Assembly: GCF_016433145.1 (NCBI RefSeq)
Contig: NC_058132.1
Coordinates: 87,133,860-87,197,859 of the forward strand
DNA length: 64,000 nt
From: Gracilinanus agilis
Taxonomy: Eukaryota
Direction: 5' to 3'
Every line of letters begins with the position of its first letter. Within the stretch, counting starts at the first letter, position 1. Shown one piece after another: positions 47,753-59,226 of this stretch. The notes beneath the pieces were generated by a model. The model was not told the DNA's origin. It worked only from the letters and a program-made list of their open reading frames with translations, and ran no database searches. A program made the position numbers and the translations under genes.

Positions 47753-48049
47753 AGTAGGAAAATAGATAGATTTCTTTGGGTTTTCACATAGTGAGTTTAA
47801 AGGAAGGACAGCTTAATTTTTTAAAACTTGTTACTTAATTTTTTATCTTAATTAAAAATCAGTTATTTGGCTTTCAGGATTGAGAAGCTGATAATAGTAT
47901 ATCCAACAGCTCTCAATGATATGAAATGTTGGGACCCAGATACTGAATTAACAAACAGGTTTCTCCCCGCCCCCCCTTCGGCAAGGGAAGTTGGGGAGGG
48001 AACAGAGAATTTATTAAGCATTTATTAGTTGCCAGGTATTGTGCTAAAC

Positions 48050-48089
48050 TTTACCAAGAGTGTTTCCTTTGCTCCTCACAGCACCCCCA

Positions 48090-48124
<35 letters not shown>

Positions 48125-49040
48125 ATAGGAGTTTGGGGCTCCCCCAGCTGCTCTGAGAGGGTGAGGCCCGCCCCCTCACTGGAACCTTCCCTGCCTCCCT
48201 AGTACTGTCAGGCCCCAAGAAGAAGCCCTCCCCTCCGGCTCCCACCCGCCTCTGCAATCTCCTCTGCAGGCTCTTCCAAGGTCAGAAGCCAGTCCCAGGA
48301 GGGCAGAAAGTTCCCTGGGCTGCCCTGGCTGGGGCTCGGGCCTAGGTGGAGACGCTTGCTTTGATTGTATCAAACAATCAGGAGTGATTGTGAACCAGGC
48401 TGGCCCTCCCCCTCGCCCCCCCCCCCCATCAATCAGAGCCCTGGGCTGGAGCCTGGGTCCCGCCCTCTGCACTTGCTATAAAAGGGAGAAGCTGCCTCAG
48501 TTCAGTTGCATGAAGCCCTGGTGAGGAGTCCCAGAGGCTGCTGAGGCCTCCAGAGGAAGGAGCCCGAGTCCCAGGAAGAGGAGGAGGGCCCAGGCGGGGA
48601 TCCAGGCGGCCACAGAGCCTCCAGGAAAGGTCAGCCCCTCCCCCTCCCTCTCCCCTCCTTTTCCCTGCCGCCCCTCCCCCACCCCCAGAGGCCTGTCTGT
48701 CAGCAGAGCTTGGATGGAATCTGCTGGAGTGACTCCAGTCCAGTGAGAGTGAGGGGCTGGCGGGGGTTCGAGGAGGAGGGGAGCCCCAGAGCCCCTGCTG
48801 GGGCCTCGGGACTTTCCCTGAGGCCCCTGTGGGAGGCCACTTGGAGCTTTTCCCCGAAGCCCAGGCCCTGCAGGCCCCGCAGGGAGCTCTCCCCTCCCCC
48901 TCTGGGGTTTGTCTCTCAGCATTTCAGCTCCCTGAGGGCAGGGAGGGTCCGGCCTGCTGTGGCTCTGAGGAGCTGCGTGCGGGGGGCCGGCCTGGAGCTG
49001 GCCAGGGGGACGCCCCACCCGGGACCATCCACACTGGCCC
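48050..49040 (+). promoter_or_regulatory. Promoter, exon 1 and start of intron 1 of TRIM gene B; near-identical to 22768-23753
   Basis: (GCAG)8, TGATTGTATCAAACAATCA at 48362-48380, TATAAAA at 48477-48483, donor at 48629/48630. Confidence 0.8.
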
Positions 49041-49571
49041 CTCTGAGCAGGGTTTTTCTTAACCTTGGCCTTCCGTTTTGGAATCAATTTTGTGTATTGG
49101 GCCTAGGCAGAAAGCGCTAAGGGCTGGGCAATGGGGGTTAAGTGACTCGCCCAGGGTCACACAGCTAGAAGGTATCTCAGGCCAGATTTGAACCTGGGAC
49201 TTCTTGTCTCTTACTCTCAATCCACTGAACCCTCCTTTTCCCCCCAATGGAGTCGTTTTAAACTGCGGACCATTCTTGAGGTAGTCTACACCTGAGCCAG
49301 CCCTTTGAGAGCCCAAAGCAGTTTCCTGGTATTTATTCCATTTTGATCTGTGCCTCTGTGAAACCTCTTAAAATAACATAAAGAAGGTAATTCAGTTCCT
49401 AGACTTGCATGGAGGGTCCTGGGGAAAGGCTTCCTGTAGTGCCCGCTGGGTGTGTCGGGTGTGAGGGCTCCCCCATCCCGAGACACACCCCGGAGAGGAT
49501 CCCCTGGGGGTCCCCGATGCCTTTGGAAATCAAATTGATCCTTTGTGGCTATTCTTGGGAGTTTGTTGAAT

Positions 49572-49627
49572 GGTGGTGAAGTAGGTGGTGAAGTAGGTGG
49601 TGAAGTAGGTGGTGAAGTAGGTGGTGA
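49572..49627 (+). repeat. 12-bp tandem repeat (GGTGGTGAAGTA) x about 4.7
   Basis: Read directly; no counterpart seen in intron 1 of gene A. Confidence 0.9.
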
Positions 49628-50724
49628 TGGCGTCCCACCTGGGCGGCCGAGTCACTCAGCCTTTATTTAGACCTCCTGGGCTCTGGGCTTTGTTCTAGGC
49701 GAGATAAAAGCGATTAAAGAAAGGGGAAATCCTGGCCCTGACCTCAACTGAGCTTCCAGTTTAATGGGGGAAAACTCCAGGCAAAGGGCCTCCAGCCTAG
49801 AGAAATGGGGGGAGGGAGAGAACTCCAGGCCTGGGGACTGGCTTTGTAAATGGGGGTGGCCTGTCTCTCCTGGAGACCCCCCCTGAGGTGGGAACAGCCT
49901 TGTAAGGGCTTGGGGAAGTCTAGGCTGGCAGAGCTCACACTTGGATTCTAAAGCTGGTTTCCTTTGCCAGAATTCACTCTCTGCTCCTTTCTTCTCTGCC
50001 TTTCACTTTTCTAGGCCCAACCTTATCCCAGGCCTCCAGTTCAAATCTCCGCTTCTTTCTCTTCCCTCTCCCTTTGCCCCCCTCCCCATCCCCCTCCTCC
50101 CTCTTTCCTCTTTTCCCCTCCTTCTCCCTCTCCTCTCCCCACCTTCACCCTCTCTTCTCTCCCTTCCTCTTCCCCTCTTCTATCCATTTTCTCCTCAAAT
50201 ATTAGATATTTGTTTGCTTATTGATTGCTTTGTGCATATGCTATTTATTTATTTATTTGTTTGTTTATTTATTTATTCTGTGTAGAATTCAGTTCTTCAA
50301 AGGCATAAGAGTTAAAAAAAAATTTATTTTAAAGAATCCTTACCCCGTCCTAGAGTCAATATTGTGTATTTCTTGGTTCCAAGGTAGAAGAGCAGTCAGG
50401 GCTAGGCGGTGGGGGCTCCGTGCCTTGCCCAGGGTCCTATCACACAACTGGAAAGGATCTGAGGCCAGATTGGAAGGCAGGACCTCTTGTCTCCGCCTCT
50501 GGCTCTCTCTGTTCCGCTGAGCCACCCAGCTGTCCCTAGAGTTTCGTTTTTTATCTTTTTATGCTGTGATACTGCCAGAAGAGTTGGCATCCCTTGGTAA
50601 GGTCCAGAGGTAGGATTCTCAAATCAAATAGGATGGCTGAGCCTCTGCTGGCCTTTGTAATATCATGGCAAATGAAAGAAATGCTGAAAACCAGCAGGAT
50701 GCAAATATTTTTATTTAAAAAAAA

Positions 50725-51310
50725 TTTTTTTTTTTTAGAAAAAATTTTTTTCCATGATTCATATTCTTACTCCCCCCTCCCCACCACCGCATAGCTAATG
50801 CACATTTCTACTGGTTTCTTCATATGTCATAGATCAAGACCTATTTCCATATTATTGATAATTGCACTAGGGTGATCTTTTAGAATTTACTTCCCAAATC
50901 ATGTCTCCATCAACCCATGTATTTAAGCAGTTGTTTTTCTTTGTTTCCTCTCCTGCAGTCCTTCCTCTGAATGTGGGTAGCATCTTTACCATAAATCCCT
51001 CAGAATTGTCCTGGGTCATTGCATTGCTGCTGGTACAGAGGTCCATTACATTCGATTTTACCACAGTATATCAGTCTCTGTGTACAATGTTCTTCTGGTT
51101 CTGCTCCTTTTGCTCTGCATCAGTTCCTGGAGGTCTTTCCAGTTCACATGGAATTCCTCCAGTTTATTATTCCTTTGAGCACAATAATATTCCATCACCA
51201 GCATATACCACATTTTGTTCAGCCATTCCCCAATTGAAAGGGATCCCCTCATTTTCCAGTTTTTTGCTACCACAAAGAGCGCAGCTATACATATTTTTGT
51301 ACAAGTCTTT
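50725..51310 (-). mobile_element. LINE-1 3' fragment (a related fragment lies at about 52465-52885)
   Basis: ORF 51058-51273 (VAKNWKMRG...WLNKMWYMLVMEYY) is an L1 ORF2 C-terminal motif. Confidence 0.85.
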
Positions 51311-53867
51311 TTCAGCAGGATGCAAATATTATCTTAACTGGGGGGGGGGGGAATTCCTTCCCCCAAATCTTAAATTGCCAACTTTTAAAGCTGTGCCAAC
51401 CTGGTATGTGTTATGTATGATAGGTCCTGAAAGGCTTCAAATCTGTCCCTGGCTGTTGATTTAATGCTTGACACCAGAGGACCCCTCATTGTAGACCTCC
51501 CACATCCATTTGTGGAAATTTAATAATGTTTTGGTGAACAGAGAAACTGGCAATCAGTATATCAAATCTGGAGGTGTTCATGCTTACCTTTCTGGAAAGA
51601 GGATCTGGATATAAGCAGGTGACACAGGCTGGAGTCAGGAAGGCCTGGCCTTAGGACTCTTCCTAGCTGTGTGACTCTGGGCAAGTCACTTCTCCCTATT
51701 TGCCTCAGTTTTCTCATCTGTAAAATGAACTGGTGAAGCAAATGGCAAACTACTCCTGGATTTTTGCCAAGAAAACCCCAGATGGATTCACTAAGAGTCA
51801 ATACATTAATTAAACAACTATACTAATAATGGCATAATAATATTGACAACTTAATAATGACATAATAAGTAATAGAAATTATAGAACTTCTGGATAATTT
51901 TTTATGTAATTAGGAATAGATTTGAAGGGAGGTTGCTTAACAAGTAAGTTAGTAAATTAGGTACTTGTGGGACTTCTGGTGGTGGAAGGCAGGATGCAAG
52001 GATCCCACTGTTCTATTGGGGCACCTATAACTAGAATAGTAGGCCAAAAGGGAGCTATTCTGAGTTTTTCACTCCCCAACATACCTGACCCATGTTCCCT
52101 ACATGCTTTTTTGATTAAATTGAACAATCAATATGCATTTATTTTTTTAAACTTAAGGGCCAGGCCTTATTTTGAACTGTTTATGGGGAAAATTACAAAG
52201 CTCAAGAATATTTGGAAGAATCTCTGTGGGATATTATTTGAAGGAACTGGGCAAAAATCTAGATGGGAAAATAAAACAAGTGAGAGTTCAATTTCCTCTG
52301 ATAACAGGGATTATGGAAAAATTCTCTGTAAAGATTACAAAGCATTTTATGTACATTTTTTCATATCAGACATATAAGGTAATATTTTTGTTACATTTTT
52401 TATTTGAAGTAACAGGTTCAGAAAGTTATTGAAAAGTCTGCCATCAAATAGTTATATATTTTTTATTTTAATTTAGAATAGTTTCCCACGGTTACATGAT
52501 TCATGTTCTTTCCCTCCCCTCCCCCTTGCCGACAAGCAATTCCACTGGTTTTTACATGTATCATTGATCAAGACCTATTTCCATATTATTGATAGTTGCA
52601 CTAAGGTGTTCCATTTAGAGTCTACATCCCCAATCATGTCTGCATCAACCCATGTATTCAAGCAGTTGTTTTTCTTCTTTGTTTCTACTCCTGTAGTTCT
52701 TCCTCTGAATGTGGGTAGCGTTCTTTTTCATAAGTTCCTGTCCTGGGTCACTGCATTGCTGCCAGTACAGAAGTCCATTAAATTCTATTTTACCACAGTG
52801 TATCAGTCTCTGTGTGCAATGTTCTCCTGGTTCTGCTCCTTTTACTCTGCATCAGTTCCTGGAGGTCTTTCTAGTTCACATGGAATTTCTCCAAGTCTGC
52901 CATCAAATAGCTGTAAAATTTGAACCCAAGTTTTCCTGATACCATGTCAGTATCACTATGTTTATATGGATGGGAATTCTGTGTTAAGTTGGTGGGGAAC
53001 TCCAGTTCACAAAGAGGAAAACTAGTCAAGGGAGTCATTAATGCATTGATTGCCATTTATCTCACCCCTCCTTTAAAAAAGAAGATCCTTGTCTTCTATC
53101 TTAGAATTAATACTGTGCCTTGGTTTCAAGGCAGAAGATAAGGAAGGTCTTAGCAATGGGGGTCAAGTGACTTGCCCAGGATCACACAGCTAGGATGTGT
53201 TTGAACACTGGCCCTTCTGTCTCTAGGCCTGGTTCTCAATCTACTGAACTACTTAGCTATGTGAATGTGCTTGGTCCTTCGATGCCAAGCATTAAATCAG
53301 TTGCTGGGGTCAGAGTTGAAGCTTTTTAGGATTTTGTCAGGATCCTTTTTTTTTTAATTAAAATTTTATTTTAAATTTTGGACAAAAGTTATTTATTCTC
53401 CCTCTCCTATTAGGAAAAAAGAAAAGAAATACTTGTAACAGATATGCAAAGTCAGACAAAACAAACTCCCTCATTGCTATCAATGAAGGAATTAGGGGCA
53501 GCTATGTTTAAAAAAAAATTGAGTCAAATTATCATTCTTTTGATAACCTGACTCATGCCAACTTTAGTCTAGGAGTCAATAAAGACTGAAAGGGGGGAGG
53601 TAGTCGGTGGGGATGGGGGTAGCTCAGTGGAATGAAAGCCAGGCCTAGAGATTGGAGGTCCTGGGTTCAAATCTGGCCTCAGACACTTCCCAGCTGTGTG
53701 ACCCTGGGCAAGTCACTTGGACCCCCATTGCCTACCCTTACCATTCTATTGGCTCCAAGACAGAAGGTAAGGGTTTGAAAAAAAAAAAAAGACTGAAAGG
53801 TGAATTCACACCTTATTTAAAAAAAAAAAAAGATTAGGAAAGGGCTATTCTCTTTAAAAAGCCACAA

Positions 53868-54056
53868 GGGGGCAGCTGGGTAGCTCAGTGGATTGAGAGC
53901 CAGGCCTAGAGACAGGAGGTCCTGGGTTCAAATCTGGCCTCAGACACTTCCCAGCTGTGTGACCCTGGGCAAGTCACTTAACCCCCATTGCCTACCCTTA
54001 CCAATCTTCCACCTATAAGTCAATACACAGAAGTTAAGGGTTTAAAATTAAAAAAA
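53868..54056 (+). mobile_element. Young SINE1_Mdo-type SINE with TSD; another copy lies just upstream at about 53610-53790
   Basis: TSD AAAAAGCCACAA on both sides; the body is nearly identical to 13354-13545. Confidence 0.9.
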
Positions 54057-54654
54057 AAAAAGCCACAAATTTGACTTTTTGAATAGGTTCCACAGCAGAG
54101 TGGGAAGGGATAGGCCAAAGATAGGGACTGAAGGAGCCTTAGAAGGACAATACAAATGGCAAGAGTCTATTTGAAAGAGGGTAAAATTGCTTTTCCTGCA
54201 GTGGGAGATTTACCCAAGTGTACCTGGCCTCTACCAACATCTCTGGAAGCTGTAGAGAAGCATGTCCTCTCCAGCCCCGCTTACCATTATGGCTCCCAAT
54301 CCCTAGGACTAGTCTGACCAAGACCTGGGGGGGGTGGGAGGGGGGATTAGTGGCCTCAAATCTGTAAGTTTCTATAGGGAAGAAGTTTTCTACTTGTGCA
54401 AGGGATGAGAAGGGAGGTAGAATTATATGGTCGTTGCTGAATCAGTCCCCTTTGATATCTAAATAGCTAGTTATATACATTTTATGATCTACCTAGCAAA
54501 TACTTTGGAACAGCGATTCAAATAGTGAAAGATGTAGCCCTCTGGCATATGTATGTCTTCTGAAGAGGGAAAGAACGTGGATGACTCCACTGCAAGCAGG
54601 ATAAATTAATTAATTCTCAGGATGTTTCTCTAACTGCCTCTCTTTTCCAGGAAC

Positions 54655-55068
54655 ATGGATCCTGTCACCTTGGTCCAGAGTCTCCAGCAGGAGACCACTT
54701 GTGGCATCTGTCTGACATTCTTCACAAAGCCCGTCACCCTCAACTGTGGCCACAATTTTTGCCAGTTTTGTCTGAGCAGAAGCAAGGAAGCTGGGGTCAC
54801 ACATTTCTCTTGTCCTGAATGCAGGGAAGTCTGCCAGAACTTCCCTGGCCTCAATGTGCGCCTATCAAAACTGGCTGCCATCTGCAAGAAGCTCAGTGCT
54901 CAGAACCTACAGAATCCTGTGGGACAACGCTGCTGCCAGGAGCACCAGCAGGTCCCTAAGGTCTTCTGTAAGGAGGACCAGACCTCCCTCTGTATAACCT
55001 GTACCGAAACTCAGGAGCATGAGACCCACACTCTTTCCCCCATTGATGAGGCTGCTCAGAACTGCAGG
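54655..55068 (+). CDS. TRIM gene B coding exon 1: RING and B-box 2
   Basis: tcttttccag|GAACATG, AGG|GTGAGT; 414 nt; all zinc ligands retained; 105 of 138 aa identical to gene A by manual count. Confidence 0.95.
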
Positions 55069-55761
55069 GTGAGTAAGATGGGCAGAGGAAGGTTTTAAGA
55101 CTTTGATCCCTCCTTGAGACTTCAAAGGCTATCCAACCTCACCATGGAAGGCAGCAGCAGTGAACAAGAGTAAAAGGTCCTTGGACTGGAAATCAGGAGA
55201 TCAGAGTCCTCAGGGGCATAGCTATGTGCTTTACGGATAATGAGCCTAATGATGATCTAAATAGATCTAAAGAGATATTAAGCTTCTTGTATACAAAATA
55301 AAAGGCCTGAAATGAAATAAAATTCATATCTTTCTTGTTCCTGGTTGGGGTTTCCCTGGGCCACCTTTCTTTTCTATTCCTCCAAATATATGTATCTCTT
55401 TACCCCCTTCTTCTAAGGAATATTGGATAAGACTCTCAAAGTTTTATAAAGAGAAAGTTGTAGCTAAAAATCTTGTAAAGAGACTAGATTCACATTTAAA
55501 GGAAACCCAAGATTGTCACCACAACTTAATACCTAGTGTCAATTTTATTTCTTTCACTTCTTTTTTCCCTTTGGTACTAAACAATTTGAATTCTAATCTG
55601 TTTTCCAACTCATTGGAAATGTCCCTTTAATAATAACGCCACCCCAAATAATTATAGACCCACAGGCCATTTTCTTTTTTGAATTTCATTCAAGCTGCCC
55701 ATCTAAGACCAAATGTTAAGCTATCCTTTAGTATCTCTCTCATTCATTTGTCCCATTGCAG

Positions 55762-55839
55762 GAGAAACTCCTGGACACTATGCCCAGTTTGAGAAAGAAG
55801 ATCAAGGAACTGAAGGAACTTAACGTTTCAAAGAAGGAT
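55762..55839 (+). CDS. TRIM gene B coding exon 2 (EKLLDTMPSLRKKIKELKELNVSKKD)
   Basis: cccattgcag| ... GAT|GTAAGT; 78 nt. Confidence 0.85.
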
Positions 55840-56451
55840 GTAAGTGTCTAGCCCTGTCTTCTAATTGCCAACCTGCCTTAGGAATCTATGAAGATGGAAT
55901 CATCCCTAAATCAATCAGTCAAATGTCATTCATTATATCTTATTTATTTGAGACATCCAATTCCAGAGCAAATCACAAGACTTTATAGGGATAGGAAAAA
56001 GCATATGTGCAAAACAAATTATAATAAGTCAATTTAAAATGAATGCAAATTTAAATAGTTTGTGTGTTATATATGTACATATAAACACACAAGTGTATGA
56101 ATATATTTTTACACATATCCATATGCCTGAGGGAATGAGAAAAAAATAAGATGAGCTCAATGAGGTTAGTTTCCTGAGCATTTTAGGGGAGAAAGCATGG
56201 TGATATGGCAGAGAGAAGGCAATAATAACCATTCGGGTGACAGTGACATCAGCCGAGCCCTTTAGAGAAGGAAATTAGAAGATGTGCTAGAAGTGTGTTT
56301 CTGCAAAGGTGTTTGCTTGCTTGAGGAAGACACTAGGCAGCCATCTATTGGTAGCAGCAAAGAAAATTAAGACTTTGAGACCTGGAAATTTGGTGGGGAC
56401 AGAGAATATACCAACTTTTGGATGTCACTTAATAAGGCTCTTTCCCTACAG

Positions 56452-56679
56452 AGAGAAGTGAAGTGGAGAAAGCTGATTAGAGGAGAATATGCAAGAATGC
56501 ACCAGTTTCTGAAAGAGGAAGAACACAGATGCCTCGATGTGGTGACGAATGATGAAGTCATGACTAACCAGTTAATGGATAGCTACTACAATGAAATGCA
56601 CCAGCATTTTAAAAACATGGAAGATACTGTCCGAGAGATGGAGGAGACAAGGAGCAGACCTGATTTGGAGCTCCTTCAG
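56452..56679 (+). CDS. TRIM gene B coding exon 3: coiled coil (REVKWRKLIRGEYARMHQFLKEEE...RSRPDLELLQ)
   Basis: ttccctacag| ... CAG|GTGAGG; 228 nt. Confidence 0.9.
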
Positions 56680-57142
56680 GTGAGGATTAGGGAAAAGTGC
56701 AGAGCCCCAGATGGAGGAGGATATACTGAGGGCAGAAATCCATCTTCCTTTGGGACCTTTAATCTCTGAGGCTTCTGTCCTGTTGCCTCAAGACAGTGGA
56801 TTAAAGCCCAATTTGGGCTTTTTTTTAGGGAGATTCATTCACTCTCAAGATTTCTTTTAATTTAGGTCCAGGTATTCAATACCTTTGTTTCAAATTTAAC
56901 AAAATATATCAGAATGTACCCTTAAATTGGTAATTAATGGTGTCCAAAGGGTCAAAAGTGGCAATTCTGAAACTGAAAGATGAGAATAGAATTTCTAGGG
57001 CAGCTAGGTGGCACAGTGGATAGAGAGCTGGACTTAAAGTGCCTGGCACATAGTAGTGCTATATGAATGTTAGATATCATTATCATCATTGTTTTTGTTA
57101 TTTCTTGATGAACTAAACTAATCCTTCTTTGTTTCCCCACAG

Positions 57143-57165
57143 GAAGGGAAAGAGCTATTACAAAC
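57143..57165 (+). CDS. TRIM gene B coding exon 4: 23-nt micro-exon
   Basis: ttccccacag|GAAGGGAAAGAGCTATTACAAAC|gtaaga. Confidence 0.85.
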
Positions 57166-57269
57166 GTAAGATTCCATTTGTGGTCCATTTGGGATCTGGT
57201 GTGTCATGGTTGGTGGGTATGGGGCTTATATAGAGCAGGAAGAATAACTGGAACTTTTATTTGGTGTAG

Positions 57270-57367
57270 ATGTGAATCAATGCTTTCTGAAAGGCCGAAG
57301 TCTTTTATCCCAGAGCTAAGAGAATATCCTGTTGTTGGGATGAAGGACATGTTAAAGAAATTCAGAG
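57270..57367 (+). CDS. TRIM gene B coding exon 5 (CESMLSERPKSFIPELREYPVVGMKDMLKKFR)
   Basis: ttttatttggtgtag| ... AGAG|GTAAGA; 98 nt. Confidence 0.9.
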
Positions 57368-58421
57368 GTAAGAAACTATCCTTTGTCATTGAGTCTGCCT
57401 ATGGGATTTTCCATGGCTAAATGTGTAGAAGCCTCATGCTAAATTCCAACCTCCTTCACAGGAATAAAAGTTAGTTCTGGGCAACTGGTCTCTGGAAAAG
57501 GAAAAATAGTATAGTGGGTTGGGGGAGTCTACTTTTCCCTGGTTGGTGGGGAGAGGTGCAAGGGAATCAACTCTTTACCCTTCATCCGCACTTTGGGTCA
57601 TCCACTAAATCTAGACAATCACGTGGCCACCCACCATTCCTAAGGACCCATTTCCCAGGGCACTTATTACAATCTGGAAGAAACTGTATTATGAGTGGTT
57701 GGACTGCCTTCTAGGCTATCTCTGAACCTTTTCTCTCTTCCAGACCCCCAAATTGTACACATTCCAGGACTAGGTATTCCTCTGTATTTTACATTATATG
57801 AACTTGATTATCCATGCTGATTATAGATCACTGCCTGTGTTCTTGGACTCTAAAAGATCATGACATTTGCTTATGAACATTTTAGACCAGCAGACTACTA
57901 GAATTCTATGAGAACCTATTTTTCTGTTTTAAAAAAATGAGTTGCCCAGATGAACCCCAAAACTGGTGACTGTCCAGACCACATGAAGAGTGGAAGGAAA
58001 GAGGGGAACAGCTAGGTGGGGGCATTAGGTCTGGCATCTATAGAGGATGTGGGTTCAAACCTGTGACCTTGGGCAGGTTACTTAACCCCATTTTGCCCTT
58101 CTGTCTTGTTTCTAAGACAGAAAGGAAGGTTTTTTGTTTTTGTTTTTAAAAGAAAGTAGAAAGAAGAAAATGGAAGAGCCAAGAAATGGCCATTCTGTTA
58201 GGCTGCTCCAGAGTAGATTTCTACACCAAGCTACCAGCAATTGCCTCAGTGCTAGCCCTGGCAGAGGGGAGGCTAATTTAGATTTGGAAATGTTAGACAT
58301 TCCTCTGGGAAAGGGGATGCTTAAGCCTATGAGGAGTAAGGACGAGGTGCATTCTGGGCTGTGCTCTTGCACTTTGCATCCTGCCTCTGAGGTCATTTAA
58401 CTTTTCCCCTTCTCTCTGCAG

Positions 58422-58984
58422 TGAATGTCACTATGGATCCTACAGCAACCAATTCCTGTTTTGTTGTATCTGAAAATATGAAGAGTGTAAGACTTAGAAA
58501 CAACTATCTGGATCAGCCAGACTGTGTGGATAAAGCTCATCATTTTATCCTTGGTCAGCCAGCATTCAGCTCTGGTGCATACTACTGGGAGGTAGATGTG
58601 AGTGAGCAACCTCAGTGGGCACTGGGGATCTCTGTCAAGTGTCTCAAAAAGAGAAAGACGATCCAGTACACAGCTGGTTATCTGTACATGCTTCGCTGTG
58701 AGAAGAGGGGAAATGAGTTCTACTTGGTCACCCGACCAGGGTTAGTTTGCCAGCTAATGAAAGTTCCTGTGCCCGTAGTTGGCATCTATCTAGATTGTAA
58801 TGAACGAACTCTCCTGTTCTATAATGCTGCCAAAGCGTCTCTGATCTACGAAATGCACATTATGCCATTCAAAGAGCCTGTCAGGCCTCTCTTCTGTCCT
58901 TGTCCCCCAATGTCAGGAACAAAGATAGGTGCAATGACCATCTGTCCAGTGAAATGTAATATTTGTGGCAATGCCTGTCTGTGA
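58422..58984 (+). CDS. TRIM gene B last coding exon: PRY-SPRY; assembled CDS 1404 nt, 467 aa
   Basis: tctctgcag|TG AAT GTC; ILGQPAFSSGAYYWEVDV, VGIYLDC, PVRPLF; stop at 58982-58984; all exons in frame. Confidence 0.95.
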
Positions 58985-59201
58985 CCATGAGCATCTTTGT
59001 GCTAGGAAAAGCCAAGCTTCTCACTGTTTTAAGAATAAAAATAAGGTCACTTGGCAGAGATGTGTTTCACCTTTTGCTGAAGATTAGCCCTTAGAAGGGG
59101 CCAGTTTGCTCATGTTTAAGACTGCCTGTAGCAATGCCGGTTTAACGGTGTTGAAATATTCCCAACTGGTTTGTTTTCCACCTTTATCAATGTATAGTAT
59201 G

Positions 59202-59226
59202 TTGATTTATTGCCACAATAAATCAA
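59202..59226. terminator. Palindromic poly(A) signal of TRIM gene B; an extra proximal AATAAA lies at 59034-59039
   Basis: TTGATTTATTG-CCA-CAATAAATCAA; AATAAA at 59217-59222. Confidence 0.7.

Noticed and set aside
58950-58984. Prenylation (CaaX) signal in the Cys-rich tail of gene B (KCNICGNACL)
   Set aside because: The last four residues are NACL, with Cys at -2 rather than -4. The extension corresponds to TGT in B where A has TGA.
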